A stretch of 64,000 nt of DNA from Thermosulfurimonas dismutans (GCA_011322625.1 DRMH01000020.1:5104-69103); one strand, 5' to 3'; numbered from the stretch's first letter, positions 42,617 through 51,948 are shown. Notes: generated by a model from the sequence alone, not told the origin. A program made the numbers and translations.

Positions 42617-43977
42617 GGAGGGTCCTTCCCTGGGTTCTGATCTGGCTATGTTTGCTGAGCCGGGTTTCCCCGGCCGGGGAACGGGTGTTCTCCCTGCGGG
42701 AATGCCTGAGGCTGGCCCTTTCCCGTTATCCGGCCCTTAAGGCGGCCCTGGCCCGGGTGCGGGCCTCGGAGGAAAGGGAAAAGGCCGCCTTCCGGGAACA
42801 TCTTCCCCGTCTCTATACCGGCTACGACTATCGACTTTACCGGGACCGGGAAACCCTCACCACCCCCCTCGGTAGCTATCCCATCCGGGGAAGAGAGGAG
42901 GCCCTCTTCACCGTAACGGTCAAACTACCCGTGTTTCACGGTCTATCCATCTCCATTCGTCACCATCTCCGAAAACTTGAGGTCAACCTCTCCCGGATCG
43001 AGGAGATACGCACCCGCCAGGAACTCATCTTCCGGGTAAAGGAGGCCTATTTTCGCCTGGTTCAGGCGGAACGCGAGGTCGAGCTGGCCCGAAAATCCCT
43101 GGAAAGACGCCGGGCCCATCTCCGGGATGTTCAGGGATTCTTCCGGCAGGGGCTGGTGGCCCGAAACCAGGTCCTGCAGAGCCAGGCCGAGGTTCAGGAG
43201 GCCGAATACCGGCTCCTTTCCGCGGAAAACCGGCTCAGGATCGCCGCCTCCCGTCTGAATCTGCTCCTGCAGCGTCCCCTCTCCGCCCCCATCCGGGTGA
43301 AGCCGGAATTCCCCCTGGAACCGGTGAACCTCACCTATGATCAGCTCCTGCGGATGGCGCTGAGCCATCGTCCGGAGGTGAAATCCGCGGTTCTGGCGGT
43401 GAAACTCAAGGAAAAGGAACTGGGCCTGGCCCGAAGTCGTTATTTCCCCTGGCTGGATCTCCAGGCCCAGTATTACGTGCGGGGAGATCGAGCCGACCTC
43501 TCCGAGAACCCTTACGGCGATCGGGAAAACCTCTGGGTGGGCTTCTCCCTCCGGTGGGAGATCTGGGACTGGGGAATCCGGGCCCGGGAGATGGCGGCGG
43601 TACGGGCCGAAATCCTCTCCCGGCAGGCCTTGCTGAGGGAGATCCGGGATCGGGTGGGCCTGGAGGTAAGGGAGGCCTATCTTAAGCTCCTTGCGGCCCG
43701 GAAGAAGATCCAGGTGGCCCGCAGCGCCCTGGCCGCCGCCCGGGAAAACTTCCGTCTGAACCGGGCCCGCTTCCGCGAGGGGCTGGCCGACACCACGGAG
43801 GTCATGGACGCCGAGACCCTGCTCACCCGGGCCCAGACCCAGGAAATCGCCGCCCTGGCCGACTACGAAATCTCCCGCGCCCGGCTGGCCTACGCGGTGG
43901 GGCTACCGGACCTTCCCCGGGGTTCTACGGCTCCGCCGCCGGACCACCCCCACGCCGAAAAGACCCAGGCTCAGTAA
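42613..43977 (+). CDS. TolC-family outer membrane efflux protein
   Basis: Signal peptide and two repeats of the OEP pattern (...LSLRECLRLAL..YPALKAA..., ...LTYDQLLRMALSHRPEVK...). ATGA overlap with the MFS gene. Confidence 0.88.
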   Translation: MRRVLPWVLIWLCLLSRVSPAGERVFSLRECLRLALSRYPALKAALARVRASEEREKAAFREHLPRLYTGYDYRLYRDRETLTTPLGSYPIRGREEALFTVTVKLPVFHGLSISIRHHLRKLEVNLSRIEEIRTRQELIFRVKEAYFRLVQAEREVELARKSLERRRAHLRDVQGFFRQGLVARNQVLQSQAEVQEAEYRLLSAENRLRIAASRLNLLLQRPLSAPIRVKPEFPLEPVNLTYDQLLRMALSHRPEVKSAVLAVKLKEKELGLARSRYFPWLDLQAQYYVRGDRADLSENPYGDRENLWVGFSLRWEIWDWGIRAREMAAVRAEILSRQALLREIRDRVGLEVREAYLKLLAARKKIQVARSALAAARENFRLNRARFREGLADTTEVMDAETLLTRAQTQEIAALADYEISRARLAYAVGLPDLPRGSTAPPPDHPHAEKTQAQ

Positions 43978-44487
43978 CCCGGCCGCCGCCGGAAGGGGAA
44001 CCGCATGCACCCTAAACCCGTCCCCGCTGAAGGAGAACTGAAACTGAGAAAAATCTATCCCCTTCTGCCAGGCAATGGAAAGGGAGGGGGAGGGATCGGA
44101 CTCATTAATGGCATAGGTAGCCATCCCGGGCTGCGAGGTCCAGACATAGGTGTCGGGATTACTGTCTCCGCTCGTATCCCAGGCCACATAAATATCGTAA
44201 GTCCCGGGGGAAAGATCAAAAGATCGGGTAAGACTCGAATTGGCCGAAATCGCAAGACCGCTCGAAATCCAGGAATGGTCCGGAGGGGCTATCCCCACCC
44301 AGTAGGTCCTGCTATCGGCATTAGCAAATACAGCCGTAAAACTGACTAAATTGTCGGCATCATTCCCATCCACAAATTCCACATAAAAACCCGGAAGGGT
44401 CGAGGCCCGCACCCCCGAAGCCAGGAGCAGAAGGGCCACCCCCAACCATAACCCCCACCAGCTCCCTTTAACCCTTCTCCGCCTCAT
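43903..44487 (-). CDS. PEP-CTERM-type (VPLPA variant) sorting-signal protein, cargo 1
   Basis: Signal peptide, a ~150-aa beta-rich domain and a C-terminal AVPLPAAAGLLSLGLFGVGVVRRRSRR tail. The 3' end overlaps the tolC-like gene by 75 nt. Confidence 0.8.
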   Translation of the reverse strand: MRRRRVKGSWWGLWLGVALLLLASGVRASTLPGFYVEFVDGNDADNLVSFTAVFANADSRTYWVGIAPPDHSWISSGLAISANSSLTRSFDLSPGTYDIYVAWDTSGDSNPDTYVWTSQPGMATYAINESDPSPSLSIAWQKGIDFSQFQFSFSGDGFRVHAVPLPAAAGLLSLGLFGVGVVRRRSRRTPGKVR

Positions 44488-44551
44488 TTAGCACCCCTTA
44501 TTTAAAATTTATTTTAATTCAACTTTTTTCTAACCGGAAGCTTAAAGAGTC

Positions 44552-44580
44552 TTTTATCATCTTCCATCCGGGGCTGTCAA
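44552..44580 (-). promoter_or_regulatory. sigma70-like promoter for cargo 1 (TTGACA-N17-ATAAAA)
   Basis: On the minus strand, TTGACA lies at 44580-44575 and ATAAAA at 44557-44552, in an AT-rich 108-nt intergenic region. Confidence 0.4.
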
Positions 44581-44595
44581 GATCATCCTCTACTT

Positions 44596-45468
44596 TTAGC
44601 TGCCGGACGGAAGGAGCCTTTTTCGAAAAAGGGCCGCTCCCGCCAGCCCGGAGCCCAGGAGCAGAGCCGCTCCGGGAAGGGGAACCACCGGGGCTCCCTT
44701 CTGGGCATAAAGGGTCTGTATCTCCTCCTGACTCAGGGCCGTGGACCAGACGGTAATCTCATCCATCACCCCTTCGAAATAATTGTCGCTTCCCGCAAGA
44801 TCAAGCCCCAGATAAAAGGGCCAGGTGAGGCCCTGAACAGTGGGATGAGTACCATTAAGAAAAGTAGGAGTAGTTTGACCCACTTCCACGCCGTCTTTAT
44901 AAAAAGTAAGGGTATAGGAATCCCCGTCATACGTTACGGCCACAAAGTGAAACTCTCCCACTTTCACCATGGCCTCAGGGGTCCAATACTGATCATACCA
45001 ACCGTTGATCCGGGAATGCCCGTATCCATATTTAAACTCTAAGTTGAATGTATTCCAGGAATCTCCCCCGAAGGTCACAAATCCCAGCCAACCAATACTA
45101 TCGGTATTTAGGGTGGAAGGATTGGCCCAGCCGGCAATGGTGAAGGAATTGGTGGGCCACTCGTAATCCTGCGTGGTCACAAGATAGGCGTGTCCTCCCT
45201 CAGCGAAGGAAAGAGCCTGTCCCCTGGGCCCGGAAACCAGGGAAAGAGACCCAGAATTTTGAACACTCATTTCCCATATACCTACATTCCCCACCCCCCG
45301 ATAAGGATCCTCGGGATCGTCAAAGGACCACCAGGCCACAAGGGACTCGATCGGCAGGGGAGCCGAAGAACCCGGCAGGGGCAAAAGCCCCGCCGACCCC
45401 GAACGAACGAGAAACCCCACCCACACCAGAACCAGTAGAAGAACAATTCCCGCCTTCCTCATAACCAC
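44596..45468 (-). CDS. LamG-domain (concanavalin A-like lectin/glucanase fold) PEP-CTERM protein, cargo 2
   Basis: LVAWWSFDD ... FTIAGWANP ... FHFVAVTYDG ... FEGVMDEITVWSTALSQEEIQTLY (Laminin_G_3 pattern). C-terminal VVPLPGAALLLGSGLAGAALFRKR. Confidence 0.85.
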   Translation of the reverse strand: MVMRKAGIVLLLVLVWVGFLVRSGSAGLLPLPGSSAPLPIESLVAWWSFDDPEDPYRGVGNVGIWEMSVQNSGSLSLVSGPRGQALSFAEGGHAYLVTTQDYEWPTNSFTIAGWANPSTLNTDSIGWLGFVTFGGDSWNTFNLEFKYGYGHSRINGWYDQYWTPEAMVKVGEFHFVAVTYDGDSYTLTFYKDGVEVGQTTPTFLNGTHPTVQGLTWPFYLGLDLAGSDNYFEGVMDEITVWSTALSQEEIQTLYAQKGAPVVPLPGAALLLGSGLAGAALFRKRLLPSGS

Positions 45469-45486
45469 CTCCTCCTTAACGGTTAG

Positions 45487-46272
45487 TTATGAGGTTTTCC
45501 TCCTCCGGCTTATTCCCAGGAGAAAAAGACCCCCTCCCAAAAACCCAAGCGCCCCGGGAAGGGGAACCGGCGTAAGCTCTAACTTAAAATTATCCACCTC
45601 CTGGAGATTGTTAGCACCTCCTGTAGCTCCGGTGAAACCAATATACGCTTCAAAAGGAGTAAAATCCGAAACGATAAAGTTATCTATTCTTAAAAAGTTA
45701 TCCACATATACAGATATAGATTTTTGCGAAAGATCAAACTCCACCTTCACATGATGCCAATCGTTATCTTCAACATCCCCAAGAGAAGCTGCGGTAAGAG
45801 ATTTTACTACACCCAAAACAGTCTGACCATTCAAATCAATTCCCACATGATCAGAGGTAATAGTGTCAGCCTCTGAATTATAAAAAGTATCAAACTCCAC
45901 CGCCAAGCTGTTACCTATTCCTCCGTATCCCAGGCCTCCACCGTAGCCCCCTAAGGCGTCTAAACCATTCGAAACATCGATCAGGGCAAAAGTAATTCCG
46001 TCTGCTCCATCGTAATAACCTAAATAGATATCAAATTCGGCTTCAAGGCGTGAATACCTGGAAAGATCAAAGCTCTGCCTGTACCATATACTACCTCGCT
46101 TATTGCTAATTGCAGGGGTTAAGACCAATCGGTACCCGGTCCAGTCTGCATCTCCGTTAAGGCTCCATCTACTCGATGGATCGGTGTCGAAATCATCAAC
46201 GATGGTAAAAGCCCCTACATAACCACCCACCACCAAAAATAGAAACACAAGCCCCAAAACTTTCTTAACCAT
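45487..46272 (-). CDS. L-type (legume-like) lectin-domain PEP-CTERM protein, cargo 3
   Basis: GADGITFAL, GGGLGYGG, NSLAVEFDTFYN, DHVGIDLNG, HHVKVEFD and YIGFTGATGG occur in the order typical of L-type lectins. C-terminal PVPLPGALGFLGGGLFLLGISRRRK. GC is markedly low. Confidence 0.85.
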   Translation of the reverse strand: MVKKVLGLVFLFLVVGGYVGAFTIVDDFDTDPSSRWSLNGDADWTGYRLVLTPAISNKRGSIWYRQSFDLSRYSRLEAEFDIYLGYYDGADGITFALIDVSNGLDALGGYGGGLGYGGIGNSLAVEFDTFYNSEADTITSDHVGIDLNGQTVLGVVKSLTAASLGDVEDNDWHHVKVEFDLSQKSISVYVDNFLRIDNFIVSDFTPFEAYIGFTGATGGANNLQEVDNFKLELTPVPLPGALGFLGGGLFLLGISRRRKTS

Positions 46273-46297
46273 CTTTTGCCCCCCTTCTCCTCAGAAA

Positions 46298-47053
46298 TTA
46301 ACCCCCGGGAAACCACCTCCGCCTCCTTAGCGAAAGCCCCAGAAGGCCGCTTCCGAGGAGGAGAAGCGTTCCCGGAAGAGGCACCGGCGAGGAAGCGGAT
46401 GTATCCAGGGTGGCCGTAAAATAGCCCGTCTCGCCATCCTGGAAATAAAGCGAAACCCACAACCAGCCGCTATCCGTCCATATTCCGACCCCGTCCGTAT
46501 CCCCGCTTTTCCAGAAGTCGGCTCCGGTGGAGCTCCACCGCCCCGACCCGAACTCGTCCCCGGGCGGCACATTAGTGAGGCTAAGACTTACACCCGCATC
46601 GGCGGAAGCCGAAGGCGAACCCAGGGAGACCCTCAGGGTATAGGGCACCCCAATGGACACCACTCCGGTTCCGCTTACGGTAAAGGAGCCGAAACGCTCG
46701 GCATGAGCCCCGGACCACACGGAATAACCCACCACCTCCGGATCGCTGTAAACTTCCATAGCGGTGCTATTCAGGGAGGCATAGGCCGAGGCCCCACCCA
46801 TGGAGGCGGAAACATTCAGAGCACCCCAGGAGGGAAGAGAATTCTCCTGATAATCCTCATCCGCCCAGGCCTCCGCCTGCTCCTCCTGCTTGACCCAGGT
46901 AATGGAAGGAGCCGAACCGCCTGAAAAATTGAAAGTTTGGACCGTCAACCGACTCCAGTCCAGATAGACCTGCCCCACCGCCAGAGGAGCCGCCTCCACC
47001 CCGGAAACCAGAATCCAGAACCCTATAACCACCAGCCACCAACACCTGCGCAT
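46298..47053 (-). CDS. PEP-CTERM protein of unknown domain, cargo 4
   Basis: Signal peptide, a Ser/Gly/Trp-rich beta domain and C-terminal PVPLPGTLLLLGSGLLGLSLRRRR. Confidence 0.8.
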   Translation of the reverse strand: MRRCWWLVVIGFWILVSGVEAAPLAVGQVYLDWSRLTVQTFNFSGGSAPSITWVKQEEQAEAWADEDYQENSLPSWGALNVSASMGGASAYASLNSTAMEVYSDPEVVGYSVWSGAHAERFGSFTVSGTGVVSIGVPYTLRVSLGSPSASADAGVSLSLTNVPPGDEFGSGRWSSTGADFWKSGDTDGVGIWTDSGWLWVSLYFQDGETGYFTATLDTSASSPVPLPGTLLLLGSGLLGLSLRRRRWFPGG

Positions 47054-47107
47054 ACCGCACCTCCACCCGGGAATAAAACCCGACTTAAAATTAATCTTAT
47101 TTTGACC

Positions 47108-47136
47108 ACCCTACAATATTCTGCCCCTTCTGTCAA
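47108..47136 (-). promoter_or_regulatory. sigma70-like promoter candidate for cargo 4-2 genes (TTGACA-N17-TAGGGT)
   Basis: On the minus strand, TTGACA at 47136-47131 overlaps the stop of the upstream ATPase gene. The -10 element is weak. Confidence 0.3.
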
Positions 47137-48155
47137 GAAGATTTAATGTTGATAAATAATAGAAGATTTTTCAGGATTTCTCGCCATTCCCTCTCCAGGG
47201 AGCGGCAGAATTCCAGGCGTTCGGAGAGTTCGCCCACCAGGGCCTCAAGCACCCTCACCCGCTGTTCGAGATCCCTCACCCGGGAACCGAGATCCCCGGC
47301 CTCCGGGGAAGGGACCTCCCCCGCGGTCTCGGCGGGTTCGAAGAAGAGTCCGCTTCGCCGCCTATCCTCCACCACGGTCTCGATGAGGTCGGCCCCGATG
47401 CGAGGGATCCCGTCGGCAAACCCATAGACCAGGGCCGTATCGCAGATGAGGTTTATGAGCCGGGGAATCCCCCGGGAATACCGATATACCGCCTCCAGGG
47501 CCTCCTCGGTGAAAAGATCCTCCCGTTTCGCCCCGGCCACCCGCAGGCGATGCCGCACATAGGCCTTGGTCTCCTCCAGGTCCAGGGGCTCCAGATGACA
47601 GTAAACCGTAACCCTCTGGACCAGTTGCTTGAGGGAGGGGTGTTCGAGCTTGCGCCGCAATTCCGGCTGCCCCACCAGGATGATCTGCCACAGAGGCTCC
47701 TTCTGGGTCTCCAGATTGGAGATCAGACGGATCTCCTCCAGCGTGGAGAGGGAGAGATTCTGGGCCTCGTCCACGATCAGGATCACCCGGCGCCCGGCGG
47801 CATACTCCCGGAGGAGAAACCGGTTCAGGGCCTCAAAGATCCCCACCTTGTCCTGCGTCTCCACCGGGATCTCCAGTTCCCGGGCCACCAGTTTCAGAAA
47901 CTGGGAAGGGGAAACCCTGGTGTTATATACGTAGGCCACCCTCACCGCCCCCCGAATCCGGGCCAGAAGATAGTTGATGAGGGTGGTCTTCCCCGAACCG
48001 ATTTCTCCGGTGATCACCACGAACCCCTTGTTCTCGACCACCGCGTAACGCAGGTGGGTGTAAACGTTTTCATGCTTCGGACTCATGAAAAGATAGGAGG
48101 GGTCCGGGGAGAGGGTGAAGGGTTTTTCGCGCAGACCGTAAAAACGTTCGTACAT
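47133..48155 (-). CDS. ExeA-type AAA ATPase, PEP-CTERM-locus subfamily (TIGR03015-like)
   Basis: FYGLREKPFTLSPDPSYLFMSPKH ... VVITGEIGSGKTTL ... LIVDEAQNL. It is a paralog of the ORF at 19967-20899. Confidence 0.85.
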   Translation of the reverse strand: MYERFYGLREKPFTLSPDPSYLFMSPKHENVYTHLRYAVVENKGFVVITGEIGSGKTTLINYLLARIRGAVRVAYVYNTRVSPSQFLKLVARELEIPVETQDKVGIFEALNRFLLREYAAGRRVILIVDEAQNLSLSTLEEIRLISNLETQKEPLWQIILVGQPELRRKLEHPSLKQLVQRVTVYCHLEPLDLEETKAYVRHRLRVAGAKREDLFTEEALEAVYRYSRGIPRLINLICDTALVYGFADGIPRIGADLIETVVEDRRRSGLFFEPAETAGEVPSPEAGDLGSRVRDLEQRVRVLEALVGELSERLEFCRSLEREWREILKNLLLFINIKSS

Positions 48156-48161
48156 AACCCG

Positions 48162-48938
48162 TTAAAACCGAAACTTGTTCATCACCACCCCCACCAGGGG
48201 CTTCTCCTGAAGCATCTCCAGGGCGGAGCGAAACTGGTCCTCGGTGGTCCTTTCCGCCTCCACCACCAGGAGAACCCCATCCACATAATCCGCCAGCACC
48301 AGGGGATCGGCGGTCTGTAACGAGGGAGCATCGAAGATGATGAGCCGTTCCGGATAGCGGGTCTTTATTTCCTCAAAGATGCCTTCCGCATAAGGGGAAC
48401 CCAGCACCTCGGCCGAACCGGTGAGGGTCCTTCCCGCCGGCATGACCACAAAACGGGGAAGGTTCGGATTGATGAGGACCTCCGGGATCTCGGCCTCCCG
48501 GAGGAGCACATGGGCCAGCCCCTTTTCCGCGGGAAGCCCCAGATAGGTGTGCACCGAGGGGTTCTTGAGGTTGGCGTCCACCAGAAGGACCGTGCGGTCG
48601 AATTCCCGGGCCATGCTGAGCCCCAGATTGATGGCCGTAAGGGTCTTCCCCTCCCCGGGAAGTGCACTGGTTACCAGGAGGGCGTTCCCCCCGAGTTTTT
48701 CCATCCGATCCAGCACCCGGGTATGGAGGATCTTGAGCTGCTCGGTGAGGGCGTCCTCCTCGAAGAACCCGAAGACCTTGTTCCTCCTGAGCACCTCGGG
48801 GTCCACCGGCACCACCCGGGTCTGCACGTATTCGGGACGGACCTCCTTTCTCACCCCCCCGCCCCGGCGGGTGAGCTCCACGATCTCCCTCCGGGCCTCC
48901 TCGGCTTTCTCCAGGGCCTTTTTGATCCTGCTCATCAT
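48162..48938 (-). CDS. CpsD/CapB-type P-loop ATPase (exopolysaccharide tyrosine-autokinase-like, EpsG-like)
   Basis: Walker A SALPGEGKTLTAINLG, Walker A' VLLVDANLKNP, Walker B LIIFDAPSL. I see no obvious C-terminal Tyr cluster. Confidence 0.8.
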   Translation of the reverse strand: MMSRIKKALEKAEEARREIVELTRRGGGVRKEVRPEYVQTRVVPVDPEVLRRNKVFGFFEEDALTEQLKILHTRVLDRMEKLGGNALLVTSALPGEGKTLTAINLGLSMAREFDRTVLLVDANLKNPSVHTYLGLPAEKGLAHVLLREAEIPEVLINPNLPRFVVMPAGRTLTGSAEVLGSPYAEGIFEEIKTRYPERLIIFDAPSLQTADPLVLADYVDGVLLVVEAERTTEDQFRSALEMLQEKPLVGVVMNKFRF

Positions 48939-48948
48939 CCACCCCCGC

Positions 48949-50703
48949 TCAGATTAATAAAAGACCGATCTTCTTTTCCACCTTGAGCCAGAATATATCC
49001 AGCGGCATCACCAGAAAATGAAACAGCACCACCCCCAGCACCAGCAGAAGCAGAAAGGCCGCCAGGATCAGGAGGTTCTTGCGTCTTCGGGCCCTTCGCT
49101 CCTCCTCCCCCTCCACGTAGGGCAGGGCGGCCAGCAGGGGAACCGGGGCCAATTTCTGGACCTCCTCCGGGGTCTTCAGGGAACGATCCAGGTATTCCAT
49201 GATGGATACCGTCCCCACCCCGGCCCCCAGGGCCAGCACGAACCCTATGAGCACGATGGCCATACGTTTGGGTTTATAGGGTTTCTCCGGAAGCTGGGCC
49301 GGATCGATAATGGTGAAACGTTCCCCCTTACGGGACTCCTCGAGCTTCTGCGCGATCCGGGCCTCCATGAGCTTGTCCATCAACTCGTCGTACTTCCGGC
49401 GGGTGTTCTGATAATCGGTGAGGAGGAGATTGTAATCCTTCTCCACCAGAGGGGTGTTTTCCAGACGACGCTGATATTCCTCGATCTTCTTTTCGATCTG
49501 TTTCTTCTCCTCCTCCAGACTCTTTATCTGGACATCGATGGAGGCGATCTGGGTCATGAGATTGATATAGGCCGGATTGTCCGGACGATTAAGCGCCACC
49601 TGCGCCGCCTTGGTCTGCGGATTGTCGGAATCGGCCAGCTCCTGCGAGAGCAGCCTGATCTTCTTTTCCAGGCTGATCACGTCCGGATGTTTGGGCCCCA
49701 GGCGCTGCCGCAGCGCCGCCAGCTGGGCCTGAAGATCGTTGAGCTGCTTGATCTTCTCCAGGGTATAATCCGTGGTGCCCACCTGAGCCTCCAGGGCCCT
49801 GATCTCCCTCTCCAGCTTCTGGATATCCGGATGATTGGGGGAAAGGGTGGCCCGCAGACTGATCAGCTTGAGCCGGAGATACTTGAGTCTTTCGAGCGGG
49901 GTCATAACCGCCTTCCCCTCCTCGGTCTTGATGGGGGCCATGGGTTCCACCAGCGCCAGCTGTCCCTGAAGATAGACCTTCTGTTCCTTAAGGGAGCGAA
50001 TCTGGGCCTCCAGATCCTCAAGCCGCCGTTCCAGCCGGTCGATGGTCTGGAGATTGATCGTGGTCATCTCCGGAAGTTCCCCCAGGTGTTCCTTCTTGAA
50101 CCGGCTGATCCGGGCCTCAAGCTCCTTCAGATGTTTGCGCACCTGCTCCAGCTGTTTTTCCAGGAAGGTCACCGTGCCCGAGGCCTGCTCCTCGCGACTT
50201 TTGAGATTGTATTCCAGATAGAGCGAGGCCAGAGCATTGGTCACCTTCTGTACCTTGACCGGATCGCGCCCCTCGTAGGAAAGGGTGAAGGCGATGGTGG
50301 CCGAAACCGGACGCCCTCCCCGGGTGTTCGAGACCTCCGCATTTATGGGTTCGAGCTTTATATCCCCGCGCATCCGGTCGATGATCTCGTCCAGGGTGTA
50401 CTTGTCGCGCATTTCCGGATAGAGATCGAACTTCTCGATGAGTTTCGCCAGATTGGACCGACTCATGATCTCCTGGGTGATGGTCTGCAAACGCTCCTCC
50501 ACATAGCCGGTCACCGTGCTCTTTACATAATCCGGAGGGATCTCCTGCTCCTCAATGAGGATGGTGGTGGTGGCCTTATAGATCGGAGGCAGGATAAAGG
50601 CGATCAGGCTAATGGTGATGAACACCGTAAAGAAGGGAATGAAAAAGGCCTTTTTGCGCCGGCGAAAGATGCGCACCAGATAACGAAGGTCCTGCTGTTC
50701 CAT
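48949..50703 (-). CDS. polysaccharide chain-length determinant (Wzz/GumC family, EpsF-like)
   Basis: N-terminal Wzz segment with TM helix (FILPPIYKATTTILIE), a ~300-aa coiled-coil periplasmic region and a second TM helix near the C-terminus. Confidence 0.85.
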   Translation of the reverse strand: MEQQDLRYLVRIFRRRKKAFFIPFFTVFITISLIAFILPPIYKATTTILIEEQEIPPDYVKSTVTGYVEERLQTITQEIMSRSNLAKLIEKFDLYPEMRDKYTLDEIIDRMRGDIKLEPINAEVSNTRGGRPVSATIAFTLSYEGRDPVKVQKVTNALASLYLEYNLKSREEQASGTVTFLEKQLEQVRKHLKELEARISRFKKEHLGELPEMTTINLQTIDRLERRLEDLEAQIRSLKEQKVYLQGQLALVEPMAPIKTEEGKAVMTPLERLKYLRLKLISLRATLSPNHPDIQKLEREIRALEAQVGTTDYTLEKIKQLNDLQAQLAALRQRLGPKHPDVISLEKKIRLLSQELADSDNPQTKAAQVALNRPDNPAYINLMTQIASIDVQIKSLEEEKKQIEKKIEEYQRRLENTPLVEKDYNLLLTDYQNTRRKYDELMDKLMEARIAQKLEESRKGERFTIIDPAQLPEKPYKPKRMAIVLIGFVLALGAGVGTVSIMEYLDRSLKTPEEVQKLAPVPLLAALPYVEGEEERRARRRKNLLILAAFLLLLVLGVVLFHFLVMPLDIFWLKVEKKIGLLLI

Positions 50704-50721
50704 GGTTCCTCCCCGAATCTT

Positions 50722-51948
50722 TTATTGAAAAGTCGGAGGCTTTCCGAATCTAAGGATCAACCTCACCCAGACCTGCTGTCGATCGTATTCCCGGTCGGTC
50801 ACACGATTGCGGAAATCGGCGTACTTGTAACCCAGCTCCAGGGACCAGCGCTCGGTAAGAAGATACCTCAGGGTGGGACTCAGAGAGTAGTAGGTATTCT
50901 TTTCCTTGTAAACCCCGCCGCTTGAGGAGGTATGGGCGTAAAAAAGGTAAAGGGAGAGGTCCCAGCGCGGGGTTAGATGATAGACCCAGGAGGCCGAAAC
51001 CCGCCATCGGTCCACCGACTGCCCGAAGGAACTGTAAACCAGGGTCTTGTTTACCCCCAGCCGGTAACGGGAACGCTCCGCCGTCCTCTCCCAGGAAAGA
51101 TCGAGGAGGGAGCCCCAGTTGTGCTCGGTCTCCTTGCGGCGCACCGGGACCACGGTTAGAAAGGGCCAGTAGGGCACGAAAACCAGACGCAGATAGGTGA
51201 GATAATATTCCGTGCGGGTATAACGCATCCCGGCCAAAAACCTGAGCGTGGAGGTGGAGGAGAGAAGCCTCTGCCATCCCAGGAGAAACCCGTAATTGTG
51301 CACCAGACTGTTCTCCGAATCTATCTTGGTGTAATAGACCTGGGAAAGGAGGGTGTCGCGCTGATTTCTCAGATTCCTCTCCAGGGTGCCGGAAACGGTG
51401 TATTCGTCGTAATCCACGTTATACTTCCATTCGTACTCGGTACGGGAGGCGGAAAAATTCAGGCTGAGGCGGGTCAATTCGTTCAGGGAATAGGTCAGCC
51501 CCGGGGAGATCACGTAACGATGACGATCCTGCCGAAAACGCACGATGCCGGTCTCCCTTAGCTCCGACTCCAGGGTGGTGTCCTTTATCGCCGAACCGTG
51601 AAGGGTGAAATCCAGCCTCCTCCCCCATTTGTATCCGGAATTCACATCGCAGCTGTAGTTTACGGTGTTGAGTTCCGTATGGTCTAGGTATTCGTAGGCC
51701 TCCATCCCCACCCGGGAGGTGATCCCGAAGCGTTCGGTCTTATAGGTGGAAAAAAAGGAGGGAGAGGCCACCAGATAGAAATCCTCCTCGGGATAGTAGG
51801 TAAAGGCCACATTGTCGTCATAATACCCCTGAAACTTAAGCCGGGAGGAAAAATAAAAATCCGCTCCCCAGAGGGGAGAAAGACCGCTCATAGCCCAGAA
51901 CCCCACCACCAGACAGACGATAGCCCCCCTAGGGAACAACGACCACAT
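50722..51948 (-). CDS. outer-membrane beta-barrel protein, PEP-CTERM-system associated (EpsL-like)
   Basis: Signal peptide and alternating aromatic/polar beta-strand pattern throughout (YxLxxxLxY...). The position between the Wza-like and Wzz genes matches exosortase loci. Confidence 0.65.
   Translation of the reverse strand: MWSLFPRGAIVCLVVGFWAMSGLSPLWGADFYFSSRLKFQGYYDDNVAFTYYPEEDFYLVASPSFFSTYKTERFGITSRVGMEAYEYLDHTELNTVNYSCDVNSGYKWGRRLDFTLHGSAIKDTTLESELRETGIVRFRQDRHRYVISPGLTYSLNELTRLSLNFSASRTEYEWKYNVDYDEYTVSGTLERNLRNQRDTLLSQVYYTKIDSENSLVHNYGFLLGWQRLLSSTSTLRFLAGMRYTRTEYYLTYLRLVFVPYWPFLTVVPVRRKETEHNWGSLLDLSWERTAERSRYRLGVNKTLVYSSFGQSVDRWRVSASWVYHLTPRWDLSLYLFYAHTSSSGGVYKEKNTYYSLSPTLRYLLTERWSLELGYKYADFRNRVTDREYDRQQVWVRLILRFGKPPTFQ

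Noticed and set aside
49018-50925. 635-aa ORF antisense to the Wzz-like gene, plus the 460-aa ORF at 54774-56156 antisense to the sugar transferase gene.
   Set aside because: They are remarkably long, but Leu/Gly/Gln/His-rich and motif-free. The sense genes carry family-defining motifs. Ribosome profiling would be needed to claim anything more.
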